NCBI GenBank assembly: GCA_905178155.1
Contig: CAJINV010000006.1
Location: 4,092,130 to 4,156,129 of the forward strand
DNA length: 64,000 nucleotides
Source of the DNA: Amoebophrya sp. A120
Lineage: Eukaryota > Protista > Dinoflagellata
Direction of reading: 5' to 3'
Positions 49,775 to 61,200 of this stretch are shown piece by piece; the first letter of the stretch is position 1, and each line of letters opens with the position of its first letter. Made by a program: the position numbers and the translations under genes. The notes under the pieces are model-generated. The model saw nothing but the letters and a program-made list of their open reading frames with translations, did not search any database and was not told the DNA's origin.

Positions 49775-52700
49775 AGCGGTATGGAATTTCTAAGCCGCCG
49801 CTGAAAATGAAACTCGATTGCAGCATTGCTTTTGTGCAATACAGATCGGAGACTTCGTCTTCAGGATGGTAGGGAATTTCTACGCCGCCTCCTGCAGGAG
49901 CCAAGTCGATGGCGTAGAAATTCCATACCGCCCGGAAAAAGTAATGTCCGCTCTGTATTCCACAATCGCAGCCTTGCGAGGGGATATCTTTTCCAGGGGC
50001 GGCGCGGAATTTCTACACCCTCGCCTGGGCTCCCGCAGGACGCGGCGTAGAAAGTCCATACCGCCCGGGGAAAGAAATCTCTGCTCTGTGTTGCGCAAAA
50101 GCAACTTCGGGGCCGGATTTCTTTTCCGGGGCGGTATGGAATTTCTACGCCCCTTCCTTGGCTCCCGCAGGACGCGGCGCGGAATGTCCATACCGCCCGG
50201 GAAAAGAAATCTCCGATCTGTGTTGCGCGAAAGCAACTTCGGGGCCGGATTCCTTTCCCAGGACGGTATGGAATTTCTACGCTCCTGCCCCGGCTCCCGC
50301 AGGACGCGGCGTAGAAAGTCCATACCGCCCGGGGAAAGAAATCTCCGATCTGTGTTGCGCAAAAGCAACTTTGGGACGGGATTTCTTTTCCAGGGCGGTA
50401 TGGAATTTCTACGCCCCTTCCCTGGCTCCCGCAGGACGCGGCGTAGAAAGTCCATACCGCCCGGGAAAAGAAATCTCCGATCTGTGTTGCGCGAAAGCAA
50501 CTTCGGGGCCGGATTCCTTTCCCAGGACGGTATGGAATTTCTACGCTCCTGCCCCGGCTCCCGCAGGACGCGGCGTAGAAAGTCCATACCGCCCGGGGAA
50601 AGAAATCTCCGATCTGTGTTGCGCAAAAGCAACTTTGGGACGGGATTTCTTTTCCAGGGCGGTATGGAATTTCTACGCCCCTTCCCTGGCTCCCGCAGGA
50701 CGCGGCGTAGAAAGTCCATACCGCCCGGGAAAAGAAATCTCCGATCTGTGTTGCGCGAAAGCAACTTCGGGGCCGGATTCCTTTCCCAGGACGGTATGGA
50801 ATTTCTACGCTCCTGCCCCGGCTCCCGCAGGACGCGGCGTAGAAAGTCCATACCGCCCGGGGAAAGAAATCTCCGATCTGTGTTGCGCAAAAGCAACTTT
50901 GGGACGGGATTTCTTTTCCAGGGCGGTATGGAATTTCTACGCCCCTTCCCTGGCTCCCGCAGGACGCGGCGTAGAAAGTCCATACCGCCCGGGAAAAGAA
51001 ATCTCCGATCTGTGTTGCGCGAAAGCAACTTCGGGGCCGGATTCCTTTCCCAGGACGGTATGGAATTTCTACGCTCCTGCCCCGGCTCCCGCAGGACGCG
51101 GCGTAGAAAGTCCATACCGCCCGGGGAAAGAAATCTCCGATCTGTGTTGCGCAAAAGCAACTTTGGGACGGGATTTCTTTTCCAGGGCGGTATGGAATTT
51201 CTACGCCCCTTCCCTGGCTCCCGCAGGACGCGGCGTAGAAAGTCCATACCGCCCGGGAAAAGAAATCTCCGATCTGTGTTGCGCGAAAGCAACTTCGGGG
51301 CCGGATTCCTTTCCCAGGACGGTATGGAATTTCTACGCTCCTGCCCCGGCTCCCGCAGGACGCGGCGTAGAAAGTCCATACCGCCCGGGGAAAGAAATCT
51401 CCGATCTGTGTTGCGCAAAAGCAACTTTGGGACGGGATTTCTTTTCCAGGGCGGTATGGAATTTCTACGCCCCTTCCCTGGCTCCCGCAGGACGCGGCGT
51501 AGAAAGTCCATACCGCCCGGGAAAAGAAATCTCCGATCTGTGTTGCGCGAAAGCAACTTCGGGGCCGGATTCCTTTCCCAGGACGGTATGGAATTTCTAC
51601 GCTCCTGCCCCGGCTCCCGCAGGACGCGGCGTAGAAAGTCCATACCGCCCGGGGAAAGAAATCTCCGATCTGTGTTGCGCAAAAGCAACTTTGGGACGGG
51701 ATTTCTTTTCCAGGGCGGTATGGAATTTCTACGCCCCTTCCCTGGCTCCCGCAGGACGCGGCGTAGAAAGTCCATACCGCCCGGGAAAAGAAATCTCCGA
51801 TCTGTGTTGCGCGAAAGCAACTTCGGGGCCGGATTCCTTTCCCAGGATGGTATGGAATTTCTACGCTCCTGCCCCGGCTCCCGCAGGACGCGGCGTAGAA
51901 AGTCCATACCGCCCGGGGAAAGAAATCTCCGATCTGTGTTGCGCAAAAGCAACTTTGGGACGGGATTTCTTTTCCAGGGCGGTAGGGAAGTTCTACGCCC
52001 CTTCCCTGGCTCCCGCAGGACGCGGCGTAGAAAGTCCACACCGCCCGGGAAAAGAAATCTCCGATCTGTGTTGCGCGGAAGCAACTTCGGGGCCGGATTC
52101 CTTTCCCAGGATGGTATGGAGTTTCTACGCTCCTGCCCCGGCTCCCGCAGGACGCGGCGTAGAAAGTCCATACGGCCCGGGGAAAGAAGTCTCCGCTCTG
52201 TGTTGCGCAAAAGCAACTTTGGGACGGGATTTCTTTTCCGGGGCGGTATGGAATTTCTACGCCCCTTCCCTGGCTCCCGCAGGACGCGGCGTAGAAAGTC
52301 CATACCGCCCGGGAAAAGAAATCTCCGATCTGTGTCGCGCGCAAGCAACTTCGGGGCCGGATTCCTTTCCCAGGACGGTATGGAGTTTCTACGCTCCTGC
52401 CCCGGCTCCCGCAGGAGGCGGCGTAGGAAGCCCATACCGCCCGGGGAAAGAAATCTCCGATCTGTGTTGCGCAAAAGCAACTTTGGGACGGGATTTCTTT
52501 TCCAGGGCGATATGGAATTTCTACGCCCCTTCCCTGGCTCCCGCAGGGCGCGGCGTAGAAAGTCCATACCGCCCGGGAAAAGACATCGCCGATCTGTGTT
52601 GCGCGAAAGCAACTTCGGGACCGGATTCCTTTCCCGGGACGATATGGAATTTCTACGCTCCTGCCCCGGCCCCCGCAGGAGGCGGCGTAGAAAGCCCATA

Positions 52701-53777
52701 CCGCCCGGGGAGAGAAATCTCCGATCAATCTCTGTTGCGCAAAAGCAACTTTGGGACGGGATTTCTTTTCCAGGGCGATATGGAATTTCTACGCCCCTTC
52801 CCTGGCTCCCGCAGGGCGCGGCGTAGAAAGTCCATACCGCCCGGGAAAAGAAATCCCCGATCTGTGTTGCGCGCAAGCAACTTCGGGACCGGATTCCTTC
52901 CCCGGGACGGTATGGAATTTCTACGCTCCTGCCCCGGGCGGCAGGCTCCCGCAGGACGCGGCGTAGGAAGTCCATACCGCCCGGGGGAAGAAATCTCCGA
53001 TCTGTGTTGCGCAAAAGAAACTTTGGGGCGGGGTCTCGTTTCCAGGGCGGTATGGAATTTCTACGCCCCTTCCCTGGCTCCCGCAGGACGCGGCGCAGAG
53101 AGTCCATACCACCCGGGGAAAGAAATCTCCGATCTGTGTTGCGCAGCAGCAACGCTGGGACGGGATTTCTTTTCGAGGGCGGTATGGAATTTCTACGCCC
53201 CTTCCCTGGCTCCCGCAGGACGCGGCGTAGAAAGTCCATACCGCGGCCCGGGAAAAGAAATCTCCGATCTGTGTTGCGATGCGCGGAAGCAACTTTGGGG
53301 CCGGATTTCTCTTCCAGGGCGGCATTGAATTTCTACGCCCCTGCCTCGGCTCCCGCAGGACGCGGCGCAGAAAGTCCATACGAACCGCCCGGGGAAAAAA
53401 ATCTCCGATCTGTGTTGCGCAAAAGCAACTTTGAGACCGGGCTCCTTTTCCAGGATGGCATGGAATTTCTACGCCCCTGCCTTGGCTCCCGCAGGGCGCG
53501 GCGTAGAAAGTCCATACCGCCCGGGGAAAGACATACCCGATCTGTGTTGCGCAAAAGCAACTTTGGGGCCGGATTTCTTTTCCGGGGCGGTATGGAGTTT
53601 CTACGCCCCTACCCTGGAGCCCGCAGGACGCGGCGTAGAAAGTACATACCGCCCGGGGGAAGAAATCTCCGATCTGTGTTGCGCAAAAGCAACCTTGGGA
53701 CCGGATTTCTTTTCCAGGGCGGTATGGAATTTCTACGCCCCTGCCTTGGCTCCCGCAGGACGCGGCGTAGGAATTCT
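49775..53777. repeat. Satellite: ~30 monomers of 132 bp in a 264-bp A/B higher-order unit
   Basis: cggtatggaatttctac recurs at 50132, 50264, 50396, 50528 and onward; centre near-perfect, edges degenerate. Confidence 0.95.
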
Positions 53778-54139
53778 TCGCCAGGAACGTCCGCCCCCCG
53801 CCTCACACCAGGCGCGGCGCGCGTAGCTAGTGACTTAGTTCGCGGCGCGCTAGTGGGGGGAGGGTGTTTGCCTGTCGTGGCCACCTGCCGCAGACAAATG
53901 TCGCGGCCACCTCTCGCGGCCACCTGTCGCGGTCACCCTGTGTGTCGGAGGGTATGCGTTACCAGAACCCGGAAGGCTTTTCTATTTTTGAAAAATAGAG
54001 AGCTGCGCAAAAAGTTACTCTTTGCGTTTGCGCATGGCGATGGCAAACATGCTCGAAATAAATTCGAACTTCTTTGCTGCAGCGGAGGTCGCAGCTTTAT
54101 GGTTTATTTCTGAGAAGGAAAAACGAATCTGACGAGGCG

Positions 54140-54787
54140 CCCGGGTTCTGTAACTGTAATCAGACACCCCAGGCGACAGGGGGCGGCGACATGTGGAGGC
54201 GACAGGCGACGGCGACAGGTGTGGCGACAGGTGAGGCGACAGGCAGAACGACAGGCAAAACGACAGGCGAAGGGACAGGCGGCGGCAACAGGCCAACAGT
54301 GCCAGCTTTTATTTCTTTGACGCGGTTCCGCACCAGCAGCAGCAACAAAAAAACCAAGAGCCCTTTTTATTTCCGAGAAGAAAAAAGCAGCTCTTTCATT
54401 TTTATTCACACGCAAAAAATAACTTATTTCCGAGAAGAAAAAAGCAGCTCTTTTATTTCTATTCACACGCAAAAAAAAGCTATCACGCTTCGGATATTAT
54501 GAGTAAATTAATTATTTTTTGCGCGTGAATATTTTTGAAAATAACAGAGATGCTTTTTTCTTCTCGGAAATGAATGACTTTTTGCTTTTTTGTTGTTGCT
54601 GCTGCTGGCGCTGAACCGCATGAGAAGTTGCCGCTTTTGGCCTGTCGTCGGCGCCTGTCGTTTCGCCTCTCCTTTCGCCTGTCGCTTGGCCTCTCCTTTC
54701 GCCTGTCGTTTCGCCTGTCGCCGTCACCTCTCGGCGTCACCTGTCGCCGTCACCTGTCGTCTGGGGTATGTGATCACAGAACCCGGA
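54140..54787. repeat. Imperfect foldback (large inverted repeat) with gcgacagg subrepeats
   Basis: ccgggttctg...cgacaggcga...gagaagaaaaaagc mirrored by gcttttttcttctcgg...tcgcctgtcg...cagaacccgg; internal ~52-bp tandem duplication 54368-54477. Confidence 0.7.
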
Positions 54788-54979
54788 AGTCAAGCAATAT
54801 AAATATTAATGCCCTCTCCGCGTAGCCAAAATTGCATTGCCTTTGCTGCTCATGCAATACAAATTTTTTTGGAATCCAAATTCAGCATCACAAGTTGCAT
54901 TCTTCATCCAGACCCAGACATTTTTACATTTCATATATGAAAAAGCCAACCAGTGGCTTCATCAGCCCGCCTGTTCCAA

Positions 54980-55232
54980 TATCAAATGTAAAAATGTCTG
55001 GGTCTGGAAACTTGTGATGCTGGCTGGCGTCTCAAGATGAGGCCACAAATGCTGGCTCAGCATGACAAGCTTCTGAGCTTCTAGGTGTTGCCTCTTCTGC
55101 ATGACAAACTGCGTTCCTGCATCACAGAAAAATGGAGCTCTTGGGTTAACGTGCATGACAGATCTAAGGGTAATGCCAGACAAGCATGACAAACATGCAT
55201 TCTTCCAGACCCAGACATTTTTACATTTGATA
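54980..55232. mobile_element. Introner family A, outside any modelled CDS
   Basis: TIRs; TSD tccaa. Confidence 0.9.
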
Positions 55233-55821
55233 TCCAAATTATGGTTTGAACCGCCCCGAGTTGTGCTCGTATCCTGCCCGGGATACAATTTGTTTTCGCC
55301 GTGTGCTTCTGCTTCTCTTTTATTTAGCATTAGCAATCAAATTCTCTAAGTAATTGTAATCCGTCTCCCATGTAGTTCATCATCGAGATGTCGCTTTGAA
55401 AAAATAGGGCAGCTACGTACACCCTGTATCTTTAATACTTTTGAAAAAAAACCGGCAAAAAAGTAGTGGTAAACAAAATCATGACGTGGGCAAGGATAAT
55501 TCAAGCGGTGGTCCATTTCAAAATCATCATACACTGCCACTAGAATATCAGCTTGCACCACGCCAATCACGATAAGAGGCTGAGTACAGGTATAGTCAAA
55601 ATGTCGTCGGCATAAAAAAAAAAGTGGATTTTATTCTCAAGGGGCGGGGGTTAGTCTTAGTACGGTGGAGAAAGGCAAACAATAACTACAAAAACGAATT
55701 GGCAAGAACAATGAAACTCCTTGTAAAAAGGAGTAGCGAGCTCGTCCTCTAGTGCTATAAAATAAGTGTACAAATAAATCCTGCACGTCGCAGCAGACAC
55801 AGGAGTACAGCACAAACCGCT

Positions 55822-58243
55822 TTACAATTCCGAATAGTCGTAGCGCAGCATTTATGAACTGCAAAAGTATCGCACTCGTATAAATGCATTACAAATTTCC
55901 TCAGCATGAGAAATAAAATTTGTAATGCTGATTTACCTGAAAAACAAGATTTGTAATGCAGGATTGCAATACGAGCACGATACTTTTGCAGGGGATAGCA
56001 TCTTGTCCAGTTGTCGCAAAGCCCGGACATCATTCTCCTCCGGGGACAGTAGTTCCCCGTTCGTTCCGTAACCCACTTATCGAAAGGAAAAACCCCCCCT
56101 CCCCATATCACAACGAAATTTCTGATGCTGGATTTGTGTATACGAATGCGCTTTGCTTTGCAGGACGGCACTGCGGCCAGATCCCCAGCCTGGGTAGGGG
56201 CGTCTGGGTCTGGTTGTTCAGCATGGCAAATGGCTCCCCCTTAGGCCCAACAGCATGACAAATCGCTTCCATAATGGGGCGGAAGCTTCTGCCCTTGTCT
56301 TCTTGCAAGACAAATGCGATCTGTGACCTCAAATCAGCAACACAAATTTTCGAAAACATACCTTTTCAATATGGGGAGGGGGACTCTTTCCTTTCAATAC
56401 CATTAACCGGATCTTTTTGTCCTTTTTCTTCTTCTTCTCGGTCTTTTTCGAAGTAATCACCTGTATGCATGGCAAAAGCAACGCACAACTAGTATAAATT
56501 GCATTACAAATTTGATCAGCACGATAAATGGAATTTGTCATGCTGATTTGCTTTGGGAACAAGATTTGTAATGCAAGACTTGCATTTATACGAGTGCGAT
56601 ACTTTTGCAATGGCATAATCTCCTCCACGTCCTGATTTTTCCTTCTCTCCTCGGAAATCTCCCGCGCCCGCTTCGCCTCATATCAACTACAAATACGTCT
56701 GGGTCTGGAAGATAATTCCGAGACTTGTCATGCAGTTTTCCCAAGCTCCGCCAAGTCTGGAATGCAGGGCCTGGCGTCACAGGTTCTGCAGCCCGCCCTT
56801 GGTGATGCCTATTCTGCATGAGAAAAGCCCTCTCAGAAATGGCCAGAATAAATGGGGACCACTTGCAAGTCATGCAACACAGATTTTTGTATGATCCGCG
56901 ACACGCATCACAAGTTCGCATCCTTCCAGACCCAGACACTTTTGCAGTTGATACCTCATCGGACTGAAACAAACCGGCAAGCTGGCGCATGGAGTCCTTC
57001 TGCGCGTTCGCTAGCCGTTATCAAAAGGAAAAACGTCCCCACCCCATAGTTGTCATGCAGATCTGCATGGTAAAAATGTGCCTCATGCGGAGACCTATGC
57101 GAAGCATTTTCTATTCGCGTTTTGACGTTTGTGATGCTAAAATCAGCATGCTATGCTAGATCTGTTATGATTCTTAAGTAGCTAAACAGGATTACACTAC
57201 GCGGACAAACTTGTCATGCCAAACAACCAAAGCTGGCCGATTTGTCTAGCAGATTCCCCATCTTGACTCTGATGCGAGGACGTTTTTCCTCGCGATAGCC
57301 GTTCCTTGTAACTCATGCTGCTCATCGGGTTGTGGTAGGTCGCGGGATCCAGTTTGTTGTAGCCATAAGCATCCGCTGTCGTGAATTTTTTCTCCAAAGC
57401 CTCCGCGTCGATCTGGATGGGGATTTCCTCCGGGATATTCGACCGCTGATGCTGAATTTTCCCTTTCAGGGTTGCTTGGATCCCGGCTGCAGAAGAGTTG
57501 TCGACGTCTTGACTGCTGTAGATCCCGGCGACGGCATCGTAGACTTTTTTGTTGCCCTTGCTCCCCGACTCCGGTAAAACTGGCGAATCGTAGGGGAAGA
57601 GCGAGTTTTTCTCTTCCTTTTCTTTTTTCTTCTTCTTCTCCTTCTTCTCCTTTGTCCGCGGGGTTTCGGATTGGGGTTGCGAAGTGGAGGTTGGTGTGGA
57701 TAGTTGTAGTACTTGTTCCTGATAATGATCATGATGCCCTACTGCCACACCGGGTTGCGCGGAGGCGAGAATTTGGCTTGCGGTGGTGGAGAAATCAACG
57801 GCGAAATGCTCCGTCGCTGGACTGTTTTGTTGGTTATGGTTTTGTTGGTTTTGCTGCTGCTGCTGCTGCTGCTGCTGCTGAGATTTTCGCGTTTGCTGTT
57901 CGTAAGTGAGTTCTTGCTGGTCTTGCTGCTGCTGAGAGAATCGCACTACATCATTTTGAAGATCATTTTTGCCTCCAGGAGACGGAAGCTGCTGCTGCAT
58001 TGACGCAGACGCTCGCGCTCCTGGGATTACAGTGTTAGAAAAGTTCTGGTCTTGGTCAGCAACCCCAGTTTGGTGTAGTTGACTTTTTCTCTTTGTCGCT
58101 GTGGTCGTCGTCGCAGTACTATCTACACGGTCGCTGGGGTCTTGGGGGTTAAGGTTGGTGGTGTCTGGTGGAAGAGCTGTCGGAGTTTTCTTGACTTGTT
58201 GTTCCGTTGAACTTGTAGAAGTTGTATTTTTTGATGTTGCCAT
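55822..58243 (-). CDS. Hypothetical Gln/Lys-rich protein (~407 aa), 5 introners
   Basis: Spliced 1224-nt frame ending YKERLANAQKDSMRQLAGLFQSDEAKR...DVRALRQLDKMLRYDYSEL*. Confidence 0.7.
55853..55997. mobile_element. Introner family E
   Basis: TIRs; TSD gcatt/gcatc. Confidence 0.88.
56078..56399. mobile_element. Introner family B
   Basis: TIRs; TSD ccact/ccatt. Confidence 0.9.
56464..56617. mobile_element. Introner family E
   Basis: TIRs; TSD acctg/atctc (eroded). Confidence 0.8.
56681..56953. mobile_element. Introner family A
   Basis: TIRs; TSD cctca. Confidence 0.9.
57019..57297. mobile_element. Introner family C
   Basis: TIRs; TSD gccgt. Confidence 0.9.
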
Positions 58244-58276
58244 TGATTTCTGGTACTCGACAGTCTCTCCCTTTTG

Positions 58277-61200
58277 TCATGCGGAGTAGATGTCGGAAAC
58301 CTCCGTTTTCAGTTTTTTCGTGGTCAAATCTATCAACTGCAAAAATGTCTGGGTCTGGAAGATGCGAGATTTGTCATGCTAGTTTGGTATGAGTCTGCAC
58401 TCTGTATTGCGTGGCCACCAAGAGCAGGTCCTCTTGCCTGTCATGCAAAGTCGCAGTTTCTCATGCGAAATACGCAGCACAGAAGCACGAAAAAACTTCT
58501 CATGCTTGGTGGCGCATTCCAGAGCTCTTATTGTTCACGGACTTGCATCACAAATTTCCAGACCCAGACATTTTTGCATTTGATAAAATCCAGGGAACAA
58601 ACAAACTGCGTCGGGATGGTATCCCACGAAAAAAGTGTTACAGTTTACACATTTGTTAGCATAAGTAACAATTCAGCAACACAAATTTAGTTCTCTGCAT
58701 GAGTAGAGAGAAAACTTGCATCAATGCAGAAATTTTATAAGGGAAATAAACACGAATGGAATGAGGCTGGAATTGGAAAGCATTTTATGCATGACAGAGC
58801 TTGTCTCTGATGCTTGGTCTGCCTAGACTATGTATATAGAACTGTATACTCTTTTTTCTTTGCATAGATGGGCATCTCTTTCCAGTCGTCGTTCTGCATG
58901 ATGTTCAAGTTCAGGTTCTGCGACTATCAATTGCAAAAATGTCTGGGTCTGGAAGATTTGTCATGCAATTTTTGCATGACCCGTGAGATCTGTGATGCAA
59001 GTCCTAGCATCACAGATCATTTTTTGAGAGCTTCTTGATGCTTGTCACGCATGAGAAATGCTCTCTCCGCGTCGTGCCAAGAACTGGACTCCTCTTGCTG
59101 CTCATGCAACACAGATACTTTTAGAATCCGCAGAGAGCATTACAGGCTCCGCTCTTCCAGTAGACCCAGACATTTTTTCATTTGATAGCGACAGGCTGTG
59201 CACAATCTTCGCGTTTTGGGCGCTCTCGGTGTGGAGGTACACGTTCAACCCGTCGACTTTGTCGGACTATCAAAGTGAACAAAGCCCCCACCCCATACTA
59301 AAACGGAGATTTGTGTAGCATGATTTGCCACCACAAATCTGGTTGTCATGCTAGAAGGCAAAAGATGCGGACTGTAGTGCTGGGTGGCGTGGCAAAGCCT
59401 TGCACTTTCAGCATGAGAGGAGGCAACTGGAAGTGGGAAACAGCATGACAAACTGCCTGCAGTCCAGGCCACAGCTGCGTCTCTTGGCATTCTAGCAATA
59501 CAAGTCGATTTGTGTACGCAAATCTAGCATCACAAGTTTCGTTTTCGATATGGGGAGGGGGGATTTTTCCTCGCAATACGGACTGAATGGTGTTCACGGA
59601 GCCCTGGCAGTGGAGGTAAATCGTCTTGCAGTTGATGATATCAAATGCAAATATGTCTGGGTCTGGAAGGTGGCAACTTGTCATGGTAAATCTGAAGCAT
59701 GCAAAAATCTGTGTTGCATGAGTGCCAAACGTTGTCCACTTTTGACCAAAGTGGACGGGAGTTTCTCATGCAGGGGAGACATGGCAGAGACCTCGCAGAG
59801 TCTGTCATGCTATGTCCCGCATTCCGGACCTCATGGGTCAAGGTCATGGAAAATCTGCATGACAAGTTTACACTTTTCCAGACCCAGACATATTTGCAAT
59901 CCATAGATCACTTCCACCGCAGATAAGACGTCGTTGATGGCCAGCCCAACCTTCTCGCAGTTGTTATCAAATGCAAATATGTCTGGGTCTGGAAACTTGT
60001 GATGCAAGTCCGTGAACAATAAGTGCCCTGTAATGCGCCGCCAAGCATGACAAGTTTTTTCGTGCTTCTGTGATGCGTATTTCGCATGAGAAGCTGCGCT
60101 TTTGCATGACAGGCAAGAGGACCTCTTGGTGGCCGCGCAATTATACAGAGTGCAGAGTCATGCCAGACTAGCATGACAATCTTCCAGACCCAGACATTTT
60201 TGCATTTGATAGTTGTCAACCGTGATTGATTTGATTTTGTTGTCGATTTTAAACGTGGTGCCGTTGCTGTTGGAAATGTACCTGATTTTTTATTTGCAGT
60301 CGGGAAAAATCAAAATGTGCAACATGTACTAGAGACCTTTACTTTATTTACCTATCGTGGTTTTATTCATCCAGTCTTTTACGAAAATTCATCGGACATG
60401 ACGATGACCATGAGCAGTAGGTACTTAGCACGACAAAATAAAGGCGTCTCAGATGATGTTGTTTGCCCGCAGAGAGCCTCAAACCTAGATCTCAGTAAAA
60501 AAAATAGTACGCGCTCTGCTTCTGGTTTGTGTCCGGCAACTCGACCATACCGCCGTTTTCGTAGTTTTCCACGATCCAATTCGCATCCCGCTCCAGTTCC
60601 TTCTTCGGTTCGCCCTTTGGTTGTCCAATCTTCTTCACTGCCTTTTGCTGGGCGGCGGCGCCTATCCAGTGCAAAAAATATGTCTGGGTCTAGAAGGCAT
60701 CAAGCTTGTATTGCAGAATTCCCATGCCCCATTGTGTCTGTGATGCACTACATGCCCTAGCGTCACAAATTTATTTCTGAGGCCACTTTGAATTTGATGC
60801 CTATCCCGCATGAGAAACTCCCTCCCCCCGCGTAAGTGGTACAAACTGGACTATTTATCTTGCTGGTCACGCAATACAGATTTTTCCACCATCCTGAGAC
60901 AGCATCACAAGCTGCAACCTTCCAGACCTAGACACATTTGCATTGCATAGCCCCGCCGCCTCCACCGCTACCCTTGGCCGGAACGACGGACGACTGTTTT
61001 GATCAGAGAAAACGGTTTTGCTTTTGTACTAATTGCAATATATGCATGACAAATCTTGTCCTGAAGGTCAAACAGCATGACAAATTCGATTTGTCATGCT
61101 GAGGTAATTTGTAATGCGATTACTACTAGTACGATGCTTTTGCAATTCATAGGAGGACTGTTTTGATCCGAAACCGGTTTTGCTTTTGGTTGCTGTTCTT

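Larger units (their letters stand above)
49259..54935. mobile_element. Introner family A split by a 5.4-kb satellite-bearing insertion (49398-54809)
   Basis: Halves join as ...gcatgacaaa|tgccctctcc..., collinear with copy 12659-12921; TSD tatga at both ends. Confidence 0.9.

Noticed and set aside
49775-53777. CRISPR array
   Set aside because: Intervening sequences are identical rather than unique spacers; no cas genes; eukaryotic context
49818-54113. ~1000-aa ORFs on both strands
   Set aside because: By-product of a stop-poor 132-bp satellite inside an introner; four frames are open and no domain is recognisable
49398-54809. Helitron
   Set aside because: Inserted at A|T but lacks TC...CTRR termini on either strand
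49197-55349. 70-aa plus-strand ORF formed by removing two introners
   Set aside because: Short, no recognisable motif, opposite to all other genes
360-60844. Small-protein family with KNVWVWK / PDPDIF / WGGGIF motifs
   Set aside because: These are translations of introner TIRs
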